NCBI GenBank assembly: GCA_030704615.1
Contig: CM060733.1
Location: forward strand, 18,042,001 to 18,106,000
DNA from: Takakia lepidozioides
Taxonomy: Eukaryota > Plantae > Bryophyta
DNA length: 64,000 nt
Reading direction: 5' to 3'
The notes below the pieces were generated by a model. It saw only the letters and a program-made list of their open reading frames with translations, was not told the DNA's origin and did not search any database. The position numbers were made by a program, and so were the translations under genes. Positions 49,987 through 62,048 of this stretch are shown here, in pieces. Within the stretch, counting starts at the first letter, position 1. Each line of letters starts with the position of its first letter.

Positions 49987-51060
49987 ATCTCAGTGTCCAT
50001 TAAGCTGGCAGCTCGTAGACGAGAGCTGTGCTAAGGACTCTTACTGTCCTTAGAACCCATTTTGTACAGTCCTGCAAGCGCGCAAGGGCGAGACAGTTAA
50101 TAGTATCGATAATGTCCCGGAATGTGGTCCGTACTGTCTCGTGAACAAACCTATATTTACAATATGATTGTAGTTCAAAACCAAAGGGCATATCCTTCAG
50201 CCTTGACGTCTTTGCGATCTTCTTTTGTGACGCCTTCTTCATAACTTGAGAAATGGAAAAGCAGCTACACCTCAAATTATTGCAAGGCCACTCAATGGCA
50301 CTAAGAACGTTTCGAGCATGCTGTCAGAAAACTAGACGAGCAAAAACCCAATTCAGCAGCCTCACCTTGCGTGGATACTTGGGAATTGATTCCAGAAGGG
50401 CATGCCCGTATGCGCGCTCCATCGTGCCTCCATCCAGCACATTCTTAAATGTTGAATGACCAAGACCCCGATGTTACACCCTTCTGAGAAACCACTACGT
50501 GCGCTCACAGTATACGAAGGCCTTGCCGTGTTAGGATTCGCATTCCCACGTCCCGCCATGTCCGACGAAGCACTTGCATCCCTGTCTCTACCAGGTGGAG
50601 GCAGCACGTATTAAAATATCTATTCCCCCAAGGCCACATTTGGTTTACCTCTTTTTGTGAAAGCCACATTAGCAAATGTGCTGCCGAATCATGGGTGCAA
50701 TGAATGTGCAGTGGTTCATGGAGTCGTTGAGTCGACTACATATTCACTTTAATGAATAAATATCTTTATTCCATTAATCGAATTAGGAAAAGAAATTTGT
50801 AGTCGCATGTGCAGTAATTACAACCACTTGTAATTTTGGCTTTTTCAAATTTTATGTATTTACACAATTCGTAAAATAGCCCGAAATTCTGCTACGACTC
50901 CGGAGTCGTTGACCCCACTTCTGTCCGCTGTCTGAAATGCCCCCGTGAGCCCACAATGTCTGTTTCGACTCTCCAGTAGTCCTGTTTACTACCAAGTGGT
51001 TCCCGGAGTGGTCGCGGACATGCAGTCGATTCGGAAAAGACACGAATGCTTCTAGTGACA

Positions 51061-52358
51061 AGTTCGACATTGTGTCTTTTGAAAAGAAAGGCAAAGAAAG
51101 ATGTGCGGGGGGAGACTACTTTGAGACAGATCTTATAGGAGCCAACTGGAAGTCACAACCACCTATACTTGACCTTGGCAATGGGTCGTACTTGGTTTAC
51201 TTGCAAGTTGATTCTCACTTTGCCGGATTTTATATCTTCAAGGTGATTTTTCTCTTTGGTAATTTTCAAGGACTCCAACCAAATTGCTATGAATATGCTC
51301 GTGAGGAGGAGGTCGCAACGATACAAATTGAGTTTTTCTTACCACCTACACCACCTCATGATCTAAGTATGAATAAAGTTGCAAGATTGCCAGACCTTAA
51401 GAAATGTACAACAGATAGAGCTTCAAAACATGGAGTGGAAGATGGACACGAGGTCTATGGAACCGATCTTGTGAAATCAATGAGCAAGGTAGATATATTT
51501 GCCTAGACCCCACAGAGCAATGTCCGAGGTCCATGTGGTGTGAAGGACCTATTGGACTATTAGATAGCAGTGGGTGGGTGTATTCTATACACTGCAAATT
51601 TAAAATCTTTGAAGCAGATGAAGCTTGGGAATGCCTCAATGGTCAATGGTTATTTTTTTGGGGCGATTCCAATCATGATGATAGTGTCAACAATCTTCTC
51701 AACTTTGTGCTAGGCTTCAACAACACCTTCCATATCCCCCCACGGTTTAATGGAACATTCTATTCTCCCAAGAATAGCAAAAAATATGTGAGACTAACCA
51801 AAATCTTCAATGGACATGTCCATGAGAATTGGAACAACTATGGTCTTTATTCTTTCAAATATAATGTCTATAGGGAGCTACTCGAGTCATATTTCATTGG
51901 TAGTGAAAAGCCTACTGTGATGATTATGAACTCTGGATTACACGACGCGTACTTTTGGACTGACGTTCAATCCTTTGTAGAGGAAGGAATTGAGATGGCC
52001 GTCAGATTTTGGGAGGATATTTGGAAAGTTGGGACCCCAGATATAACAATTCCGTTGGTTATATATTGTACCACAATTGCTTCAGGGGGTCACAATCCAA
52101 AAACAGTTGCTGCAAGGGATAGATATGGATTACCTAACCCCAGAAGATGGAAGTGTACAATCATTTGTTTGTCAAACGTTTGCAAAGTTTGAACCTTCCT
52201 AGCTTCAAAGTAGTGGATGCATTTGATTTAACATTCCCTTGGCATTATGACTTCAATCACACTGATGGTAAACATTATGGAAGACATCCGTCAAAATCTT
52301 TATGGAAAGGGGTTCAGATAGGACACCAATATTTCGTTGGTTGGATGGAAGTGCATAT
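51061..52358 (+). pseudogene. 3' part of the SGNH/PC-esterase-like gene
   Basis: GGDYFETDL..NWKS.PP..DLGNGSY, WSGRWTR (after a frameshift near 51415), GWVYS.HC, WLFFWGDSNH, IMNSGLHD, DAFDLTFPWHYD..HTDGKHYGR..GHQYFV. Second frameshift near 52140. Homology stops at a CACTA end. Confidence 0.82.
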
Positions 52359-52800
52359 CACTACTAGAGAAACCGGTTTTTCCAACACCACCCATAGTTC
52401 ACACCAGGCACTTTGAATGGCTCCTCTTACACCCATGTGAGAGGAGGCAAGGTGTGATCTGGACCATTGTAGGAAAAGCCACATGGTGTTACAAATTTCA
52501 CACTCGAATGACACCCATACGGTCAACGGATGTTGACCAAGATAGTTCGTATGGGGCATTTGACATGAGTGTGAAATGAGTCATGGAGTGTGAGGTGAGT
52601 GTGAGATGTCCTGCAGGAATTTGGGGCAACTATATGGCGTGGCACATTGACCATCAAGGTGGATATGACTTGGCACATTGACCATCCAGGTGGAAGATGG
52701 ATGGATGAAATGACTTCCACCTCTATTCAACATGCCCTGGACGACATAACACATAGAAGTTCAAAAAGGTTATTAGGGTTATGGGGTCTGCATGTAGAGG
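52359..52800 (+). mobile_element. Left end of a second CACTA element; right end not found in the window and end coordinate arbitrary
   Basis: CACTACTAGAGAAACCGG begins exactly where homology to the esterase-like gene ends, and is followed by subterminal-like short repeats. Confidence 0.6.
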
Positions 52801-54984
52801 GCTGTGGGACTTGTAGTTTTTCTTTGCCAGCTCGTTTAGAATCTGAATGCCCACCAGTGCAGGCCATCCCTTTACATTGATGCCAAAATGAATTTTCATC
52901 CAAACATCAAAGCTCTCAAAATAGACAACCTCAAGTAAAATGAGAAGGAGATCGGCAGAACCGAAAGGGCATAGAATTCTCTTCAATATTGAACACTACC
53001 TGCAACTATTGGCTATAACTTGCCCTCTATCCTGTCACATATAATCCCTCCGGGAACCAGCAATCCAAAAAGATGCACTGGTCATGCAGCTGACGACAAT
53101 ATCGTTATGAGAATGTCACACTATAATCAACAATGTACAACAATTGCTTTGAGAAGCTATAGATAAAACTACCACATGTCGTCTCAGAGATTTGTGAGCC
53201 CGGCAATGTCAATCCCATTTCTGTCCAGTCAACCATGACCCCTCACAATGAGATAGTCTGAAGCTAAGCTGAGCACGGATTTCAATCTCTACTAGTCCAA
53301 CCGTACTAGAGAAATATCCAGTGATCCTCAGACAAGGTTTTCTTCGCCATGACAAGTTAAATAAACACAGTGTGAAACTAACTAGAATAAAGCTAGTTAT
53401 TTGTATTTAACACTTGGATTTAGTTCAAGTGTTAAGTCAGGTGTCAAGTTTAGTTTGACACCTGAACCGTCTTATCTTCACGAGAGCGTCAGTCGTGCGG
53501 CTCATCTCTCTCGAGTTGAGCCTGCACGACCGAGCTCCTTCACCGTTCAAAACCTGAGTGTGCTTATGAAGGGAGGATAGGTTGTTGTGGGGTGGAGTCC
53601 CCATAGCTTGGGGTGCCCCTGGCTCGACTATTATTTTAAAGAGTGATGCTGTTGTGTTTTGTGTTTCTCTTGTTATTTGAGTTTAGTTCTTTCTTATCAC
53701 TCGAGAGAGATGACTTGCATCTGTGAGTGCCAGAGGTGGGTTTAGTTTAGCATTTGTGGTTTTTTTTGTTTTGAAAGTGAGAGAAGAAAATTATGGTAGA
53801 TTATGTTTGTGACAAGGCTGGTGGAGCAGCAGGATGATACGCAAATGTAAGGAAGACTGTGTCTGTTGGTAGCTGCTGACAGCCGTAACTCTGTCCCTGG
53901 ACTTCTTCTCCGGAGGTGGAAGCCTGTGTGCAGCGTGCATGCAAGAGTGTGGTTGTGACAGGGGAACAAGCGCTTGCGGTTGCATTGCTGCTGCAAGTTG
54001 GGCACTCGGTGCGTCGCTATAACTGCAACTGTACAGGAGCACTACGAGAGGCAGATTGTTCTGCAGCCTTTGCTGTACCTAGTCAGTCCAATGGTGACAC
54101 ATCCATACCTTGTTAAAGCAATATGGACAGTTGTCGATGAGGACGGCTCTGTGAAGGACACTGCGAGCTAAGAAGGGCTCGGGTACAAGAGCACACACTG
54201 GAGCGTTTAAGCAAGTTAGGGTGGGAAAAAGCAGGCCCAAATAGCCAAGCACAGGAAGTAGTGAATGTTGATGGAAAACACACTCCCATTTTGCTGGAGG
54301 AGATCGTTGATTATTTGATGTTCCCGGAGCTTTAGGTGCAGGCCCTGCAATCACTGGCTGACAAGATTGATTTACAAGCTCCACCCTCAAGCTCCCGCTC
54401 CACGCTAAAGCAGACATGGTGAAATGGAAGGGATGCACTCGGCTTTGTGGTAGCTGAAGCGACAGGGAATACGATTGATACTCACCTTCACCAATAATTA
54501 TTCTATCTTCGGTGGAAGGCACAATATGTGCAATGGGCGAGCCAGTATGCTGGTATCCATCTGAATTCGGAGGACAGCGGCGTATGTGAAGAACTGGATT
54601 CTAATCATGTGTTGGAGCTGCAGGGAGGTAGTGTGGTGGCATAGGGTCGCAAGCACGGGGTCGGGGTCATTGGCTGGGAGGACAGCAACAGTAGTGGCAG
54701 CGCCGGCCGGGTAGAAGGCTGAAATGATATGCTTGGTGTCAGGTGGAATGGCGAGCAACCTTCCCCTCCAGCAGGTCCACTCAACACAGTTCAGAGACAG
54801 AGGAGACCTGTGACCTGTGTATCCATTTGGGGGACGTAATGGTTTCCAGCAACGAGCTCTTAGGAGATCTACAGCAGTTTTTCTTCCCCAAATCACAGAT
54901 GAATGAAGGAGACTGTCACCGAGATATGGAGTGAGTGGTTAACCAACCTGGAAGTTTGCGGCCAGTTTGAACGTTGTTGCTGCC

Positions 54985-55060
54985 CAACTTGGCCAGGCAC
55001 TCAGTACACGACCTGACATACTACCTAGTGATTACTGCCTGGAGCTTGCAAAGCGGCAGG
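54985..55060 (+). pseudogene. Isolated ABC1/UbiB atypical kinase gene fragment
   Basis: QLGQALSTRPDILPSDYCLELAKRQ matches the ABC1K motif KLGQxLSTRPDxLP...ELxKLQD. No flanking ABC1K sequence was seen. Confidence 0.7.
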
Positions 55061-55587
55061 GAACATTGCAGACAAGTCCAATGGGGATGTTGCGGTGGAT
55101 CAGTATACCGCTATCGGGGATGGCTCGAGTGCTTGCATCACGGAAAAGAGATGCCTGACGCTGCACAAGCCATCGCCATCGCCACAGCCATACACCCGAG
55201 CTCGAGAGTCGTCGCTGGAGCAAAGCAGCTCACTAAGAGAGCAAGCCTGTGGTGGTGTGCCTGTAACCACAAATGAAACCTGGGAACAGTTTTTAATGGT
55301 GAGAACGTTTTTGTGCTGAATTTGTTTTTATAAAAAAAAGCCGTTTTGAGCTAATTTCAAGATTTAGAGCCTAATTGGTCATATCTCTGGCAAATGAACT
55401 CCGTTTGACACAGTTTTTGAGGGGATAGCTGTAGAAAGGGGAAATCTACCTATCTAGTTTTAGTTTTTTGGACTCTGCTAAAAATCTATGGAATTTTTTG
55501 GTGTATGTGCCATGAAAGATCCACAATTCTGTTTCTAGAACCTGTTGTGGTCTACATGAGAGATAAATCTGGGGATGGACTCCTTGT

Positions 55588-56220
55588 ATGGCTGGGGGAA
55601 ATGAGGACGTAATTGAAGGGCAGGTCTCTTCTCTTAGCCTGTGCACCCAAGGGGACAAGATTTATGTTTATCAAGGAACTCAGACTGATTTGAGTGGAGA
55701 ACAGTTGGACGAGTTGATTGCATACTGGGAGTCAGGCATTAGCAGTAGACAACAAACTGCTGTAGTTGGCGTTGAGGGCCTCAATATCGCTTTGGACAGT
55801 CAGAACTCTGTTGGAGCCAGCAGTTCTGCAGCTGTAAGTGAAATACCAAAGTGGGTGAAAGCTAGGCTTGGAACACAGCCAAAGACAGCCCCGGGGACCA
55901 AGGTGTTCAGCCACAAGGCCGTGGTGTACTGGAGCAGAGGAGCAGGAGCTACACAAGTTTGTGCAATCAGACATGGTTGTAGCCGGACACGCTCTACACG
56001 AGGCAACCACAAGCGGAGGTTCATTAGCAATGAAAAGTTTGTGCTGCTTGAAGGAGATGCAGTCATTCGCAATGAGGACACCCGCAACCGTCTCAAAGCT
56101 TTCGAGTTGAGAGACTGTCAGACCCTACCTTTATTTTCTTTAGTGTTCAGTGAGCGGGAGATAGGGGAGTATTGCTTTGTCTCTACCTGGCAGAAAGAGG
56201 AGGAGGGTTGGTTAGAGTGA
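55588..56220 (+). CDS. Unknown 210-aa ORF upstream of the Gypsy gag, possibly an element accessory ORF
   Basis: ATG-initiated ORF on the same strand as gag, ending ~640 bp before it. Protein-like sequence continues past the TGA. No recognised domain. Confidence 0.4.
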   Translation: MAGGNEDVIEGQVSSLSLCTQGDKIYVYQGTQTDLSGEQLDELIAYWESGISSRQQTAVVGVEGLNIALDSQNSVGASSSAAVSEIPKWVKARLGTQPKTAPGTKVFSHKAVVYWSRGAGATQVCAIRHGCSRTRSTRGNHKRRFISNEKFVLLEGDAVIRNEDTRNRLKAFELRDCQTLPLFSLVFSEREIGEYCFVSTWQKEEEGWLE

Positions 56221-56857
56221 GCTACTGTAGCTTGGGACAAGGTTAGTGGCAGGTTTCTGGACATAGATATACCTCCTACACCTTACCATCATGCAGAGCG
56301 AGGCACTTTGAGAGAAGTCTGGCAGTTGATAGCATAGATCAGGATTAGATCTTGCTTGGTCGGGCCTCTATTCTTCCCCTCCCTCTTGTTACTATTTCCA
56401 TTACTTTGTACATGTAGTTGCCAAAGCCTCTCTTGGTGGAGGCCAGTCAGTCGGGGGTTTTGGGCTGGGATATTCTGCAGGATCAGCACTGCAGATGGAT
56501 TTTGGTGTGGGGGTGTTGATGTTTTGATTTCTTGTGTTTGGATCCCCCCCAACACCTGCATGCTTGACTGTGCGCCATGTTGGTTTTGTGTGGGCGCTTG
56601 CTTTCATAGGGATTAGGCCGGATTTGATCACCGGTCAATCCTAGAGTATGTTGTCGGTGGTGAGGCTGGAGTGATGACCAACAAGACCACCAGTGTTTCT
56701 TCTATGGTGAGACTGGGTTGATGACCAGCCAACCATAGGAGTTCTTGTGGTGGATGCAGGTGCAAGTGCCCTGAGCCACTGGGATATGACCCTTAAACTG
56801 CAACAGGTGCCCACCCGTGTCACTATTAGTATTAGTACTAGAGCCTTATAGTGTCAC

Positions 56858-59800
56858 GTGGGGGAGGTGCACATTGTGAGTGTCATCACGGAGTTACCCA
56901 AGGGTTTTGAGGGGAGTACCGCAATAGGCAGTAATAGTGAGAGTGGGTTCACAAGACGAGGTATTCGGTTCAGACCACCTTCACCTCCACCCTCAACTAC
57001 TGCAGAGTCAAACACAGACTCGGAGGCTTCATCAACAGGTGTGCAGTTTCATTCGCCATTGTTGTGGGACGACATGGAGGAGATGTATGGAGCTACCAAG
57101 GGGCCTCGTAGGTACTCTGGAGCTGTGGGCACAATTGAGCTGGATGACTTTATCCAGGAGTTTGACAGCTGGTGTGATTTGCAGCAGATGCGCAATCCAC
57201 AGCTGTTCACCCCATTCATGGCGTGGAAGGGACTGTTCTAGCATTTGGAAGGCCCGCCTATGGACGATTACCACGAGTTCAGGCGAGGACATGAAGCAGA
57301 GATTGAGGAGTGGAGGATGTATTGGTCACCTGACTACGTCTCCATTACTCAAGGCACGACGCGACCAGTAGTTGCATCAGCACCAATATCTTAACCCTGC
57401 TAGCACTAGTAGTGGAACAAGTAGTGCCGGTACTTCTGCATGTGGTACCAGTTCAAAAGGTGCTACTACTCCTCCTACCACGACTACAACACATGTGCCT
57501 AGATTCAACCCGGTGGTGGAGTTCTTCCAGGAGTTGCGGATGAACTACCAAGATGTACGGACAGAGAAGCTGCGAAGTTTGCAAGACTTCCAGCGCAAAC
57601 CCAGTGAGAGCCTGCGAGAGGCGTACACTCGTATGAGGCGCTTGATAAGTGTGACCCAAGGGGTTACTGAAGCTCAGGCAATCTTGTTCTGGTATGGAAT
57701 TTTGGACAAGGAGCTCAGGAGAAGGGTGCGGGATGCAACCCTGTTACAAGCAGCCCAATCCACATTAGCAGATGTGTTTCTGCTGGCTGAGCAGATTGAG
57801 TTCAACATGGTGGAGGAGCGAGTTGTTACCATTGGATTTGGCAAAGACATGCTTGCACGAGGTGCAACTGCCAGCCCACAGGCACAAGGGACTGCCCAAC
57901 AGCGTGGTCAGGGGGGCAAGGTTTCCCAACCCAAATTCCATGGAGCTTACAGGGGACCTCAGGTGCAGAGGCCAGTAGCATCTTTTGCAAGCCAACAACA
58001 ACTAGGGGTGATATGTTGGACATGTGGAGGACCCCATGTCAAGAGAGATTGCCCAGAGAGTGGCAAAAGGCCGGTACAAGCACAGCTTGCACAGTTGCAG
58101 TATGGGCATGGAGATGCCTAGTGTTATGACTTGCATCCTGAGTTGCGCCCAGGCCAGTTCCAAGGGAACAATGGTGGCCGGGGGCGAGGTGGACCAGCCT
58201 AGAGAGGACGAGGTGGCCGGGCACGAGGTGCAGGCCAAGGGCAAGCTCAACATGGCCAAAGACGCGGAGGTCAGGGTGTTGACCAAGGCATGGCCAACCA
58301 GCTTCAGCAGCTAGAGCAGAGGCTTGTTGCCATGGCTACATCTCAGGTGGTACCGGCTCCCGGGCAGGATGGTCCACCTCCTGCTCCTAAGGGAGGAGAT
58401 ATGGGAGGAATGGGATTCATGTGCGGAGCAGCACTACCACTAGAGCAGGTGGAGTCTGCTGCAGCCGTGACTCGAGGAGCATCACGAGTTCCTAAGCCAC
58501 GAGGTGCAGAGGTGGAATTGGATCCACAGCGTGAGGAGGCAAGCCGTCAGGCGAGGCTTCCTCAGTCATTCACATTGGTGGAGACAGTGTCAAGGCCATC
58601 CATGGCACCTAGTTCTCGCCCAACTGTTACCGAGGCGGAGGTTACTATGCCATTGGGGAGAGCTACACGTGCATCACTGACACCTGCTACCAAGGCTAGT
58701 GCAGCCGGTGTGTTATTGGGGGCAGCCACCTCTGTGTGTCAAGCCCCACTGTTTTTGGCAACCATGATTGCGACGCCAGGGGTAAGACCAGCTGCAGTGT
58801 TCAGACTAGCAGCAACACTCTGTGAGAGTGGGGAGGTCACTTCATCTTCTGCGGAGTTACTGGAACGTGTAGTGGCAGAGGGATCCTCGGATTTGAGGGT
58901 CAAGACTGCCACGGCTGCGCCATGGCAAGCTGCAGCTGCCAGGTTGACGGAGCTGCCAGCTAGGCCAGCCTTTGAGCGCGCCATGGTGACACCTGGAGTT
59001 ATCTTGTTAGACAACCAGGATGGCATTTTCTCTTTGAGTGGACCGGCAGGCAAGAAGTACCGGCCACTGCGGGTCTTGTTGGACTCGGGAGCTCAGGCAC
59101 TGATGTTGGGCAGAGCTGCTATTGTAGGTTTGGGCCTCATGGAGGCAGATATGGAGCCTTGTCTTTTCCAGATACAGACATCTCTGGGAGGATCAGAGCA
59201 GGCTCGGGGCATGACACGGCGTGAGTTGGCCATTAGACTGCAGCAGGATCATCCTATAGATGGCTCAGTGATGCGAGCCAAGGTCATTGTGACAGACGCG
59301 GTCTCTTATGATGTCCTCGTTGGTGGAACAGTGTTATATCCCATGGGCTTCACCCTGGACTTTTGGGAGGAGTCAGCATCCTACAGGCCTGGATGGCAGT
59401 CAGGGGATGGTCGTCATGCACAACTCCCTGTGACATTCATTGGGGGTATTGCGGCTGCCCAGCGGGGCAAGATGCCAACACTAGCCGCCTTTATAGCTGT
59501 AGTTAGTTGGCCTGGAGAGTTGCTAGAAGGCAATGCCCATGCAGAGGATGTGCCACCTTCAGCAGAGTAGGATGACATGCATGGTACGGTGGAGTTGCCT
59601 GCCATGGTTGCTCACACTCCATTGTGGGGTACGAGCAAGGATTTGTAGTAGGCTGCTGATGGACGGGTGCAACAAGCCTGGGTAGAGGCCTTCGTACCGT
59701 CAGGAGAAGAGGAGAGTGCGGTGATTGCACCAGGACCACCTCAGTTGTCGCCATTGGATACCACACCTCTTGTGTGGCAGTGCCCGAATGAAGGCATATG

Positions 59801-61451
59801 CCTTCTGGACTTGTTTGGCGGGATCAGCACTAGATTGGCTGCAGTGCTTCAGGCAGGTGTACGAATTTGACGTTACCTGTATGTAGAGAGGGATAAGACT
59901 GCACGACGCGTCTCACTATGCCATGTTGCTTAGTTGGTACAACAGTACCCTGATTTGTTGCCAGTGTCTGCAGTTCGTGGATACCAACAAGCCTTGCCAG
60001 CAGACATTTCGTTGCTGGGGGCGCAGGATTTGGAGCAGGTTGGCTCCATTGATCTGGTAGTGGCAGGTTGGCCCTGCCAAGGGCATTCATCAGCCGGGCA
60101 TGGCAATGGATTGCGAGACTCGAGGACGGGTCTGTTTTGGGAGATGGTGCGGGTTTTGCGCCACTTGCAGCTTCATCAAGCTGTATCTCCAACATACATC
60201 TTGGAAAATGTGCCACTGATGGGTGATTCTCGGGCCAAGGTGATGGCCAGTGTGCATCAAGTCCGGTCGTGGCTTGGGTCGGCAGAGTTGTTGGATGCAC
60301 CTGTAGTGGGGTCACGAGCTCATCGTCCATGGCTATGGTGGACTAACTTGATGCCACCCGCACTGCTCAAGCGTGCATTTGATGGGGTGCAGCGGCCAAC
60401 ACACCTCACAGTGGATAGCATTTTGGACACAGGGAGGCAGTCTCAATGTGTGAGACACGATGACCGTTCGCCTTTGGTAGTGGTCAACAGGGTGGGTCAA
60501 CCACGAGCAACATTACCTACACTGCTCAGCTTCCCAGGATCCCATGCTTTTTGGGATGGTGGACCTGGCCTCTTGTGGGATAGTCAGTTGCAACAATTAG
60601 TGGAGCCCAATGCTGACGAGCGCGAGCGGGCGATGGATTTTACCACTGGTACCACGGCGGTGCCATCTCTTTCTGAGGCATCACGTCGTCAGGTGTTGGG
60701 GCAAGCAATGGATCTCAATTGCTTGACCTGGATTATCAGCTTGGCTATGGCTGAGCAGTGCAGAGTGCGGAGTACACTTCCCTTCATGGTCTCCCTGCCT
60801 ACCGAGACGGTACAGGCAGCGAGTGGGGGCGAGCAGGTGAGGACCACGAGGTGCAGGCCGCATCCATGGCATACGTGGGAGGTGCTTGAGGTTCAGAATG
60901 AGTTGGCAGCCAAGGCGGCGGTGATGGATCAGGTTGGGGATTTTTCTCGGGTTGAGGAGGTCCTCAAGGATGGGATGATGGGGCAGGGTGAGACATTGTC
61001 ACTGATAGAGGAGGCAGTGGTCACTGCTCAAGAGGTTGCAGCATAGCAACCACGGGACGCGTCTTCTACCTCTAAGCCTGCTGGACTCAAGGTTGGAGTC
61101 ACGGAGGACAACTGGGAGCCTGATGTTGGACCTATAGTCACCGGAGGAGAGAGATGACGTATACAGCGGTTCTTGAGGGCTTACATGAACTGCTTTGCCT
61201 TCAGTTTGAAGGACTTATGAGCATTGAAGGGTCAAGAGATTCGCATTGAATTGGCTACTGACACGCCAATCTTTCGGAGACCCTATAGATAAAGTGACAT
61301 GGAGATGTCCTTGATTCAGATGAGAACTCAGGACCTTTGGGAGGCTGGTTTGGTGGAGCTATCTGGGGGAGAGTATGCTTCAGCCATAGTGATGCCAGCC
61401 AAGAAGGATGTCTATGGCAATTGGACGGAGAGACGTATGTGCGGTGATTAC
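56858..61451 (+). mobile_element. Ty3/Gypsy retrotransposon gag-pol remnant: Gag, zinc knuckle, aspartic protease, DNA methyltransferase, RT N-terminus
   Basis: Gag motifs PRRYSG..LDDFIQEFDSWC and FQRKPSESLREAYTRM. Zinc knuckle CWTCGGPHVKRDC. Protease VLLDSGA (59082)..DVLVG. RT start FAFSLKDL..IRIELATDTPIFRRPYR..AGLVE..EYASAIVMPAKKD..RRMCGDY. Single frame from ~57390 to 61451 with in-frame stops. LTRs were not confidently located. Confidence 0.88.
59790..60740 (+). other. C5-cytosine DNA methyltransferase domain (DNMT3/Dcm-like) within the retrotransposon polyprotein
   Basis: Motif I LLDLFGGIS (59802), II YVERD, III ADI, IV DLVVAGWPCQGHS (Cys codon at 60075), V TGLFWE, VI YILENV (60204), VIII AHRPWLWWTN, IX ERERAMDF, X RRQVLGQAMD, all in canonical order. 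Confidence 0.92.
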
Positions 61452-61826
61452 ATTAATTAGGGTTAATTGACAACGAGTTGAATTAAAAATCAAGATCAAA
61501 AGCTTTTTATTTCTAATGGTGCAAAAACATGTCGTCAAACACATAATTTCGTCATCCAACAATGTTTTAAGTTAATGTTCAATCTTCTTAGGAGGTCAAA
61601 CCTCAGGCCAAAGAGTTGGATTTTAATCATTCGGGCACGAGCGACGCTACCGCGTGAGGGGTGAACGGTGAGCGTACGCTCACGCGGGGCTGACGTGGCG
61701 TGAGTGTTAGAGGGCTACTTGGGACTTAGACGCTTTTACGAGATCTGTGGGGTACCCTTAATTTTTACACAGACTGAGACCAACAGGAGCCTTAGGGGTG
61801 ACAGCAACAGGCTTTAGGGGGGGAGA

Positions 61827-62045
61827 TACACAGCCCCTCACAGTCCAACACAGTCCGTCACAGCCCGTCACAGACCAACACAGCCCGTCACAGTCCGACA
61901 CAGCCGACACAGCCAACACAGTCAGACACAGCCGTCACAGCCAGTCACAGCCCGATATAGCTAGCTTCGCACAGCCCGACACAGCCCGATACAGCCAGTC
62001 ACAGCCCGCCACAGCCTGATACAGCCAGTCACAGCTCAGCACAGC
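61827..62045. repeat. Low-complexity CACAGCC/CACAGTC tandem array
   Basis: About 20 variants of (T)CACAG(C/T)CC(G/A) units. Confidence 0.85.
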
Positions 62046-62048
62046 TGG

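Larger units (their letters stand above)
37506..51057. mobile_element. CACTA (En/Spm) transposon, 13552 bp, with both ends present
   Basis: Perfect 19-bp TIR CACTAGAAGCATTCGTGTC at 37506 and its reverse complement ending at 51057. 3-bp TSD ACA (37503-37505 and 51058-51060). Divergent TnpA-like and TnpD genes inside. Confidence 0.96.

Noticed and set aside
59790-60740. Bacterial restriction-modification methylase or contamination
   Set aside because: The domain is in frame with Gag, protease and RT, shares their decay pattern, and has no neighbouring endonuclease or operon.
61455-61465. TTAGGGTT as a telomeric repeat
   Set aside because: A single unit only; more likely part of a transposon end.
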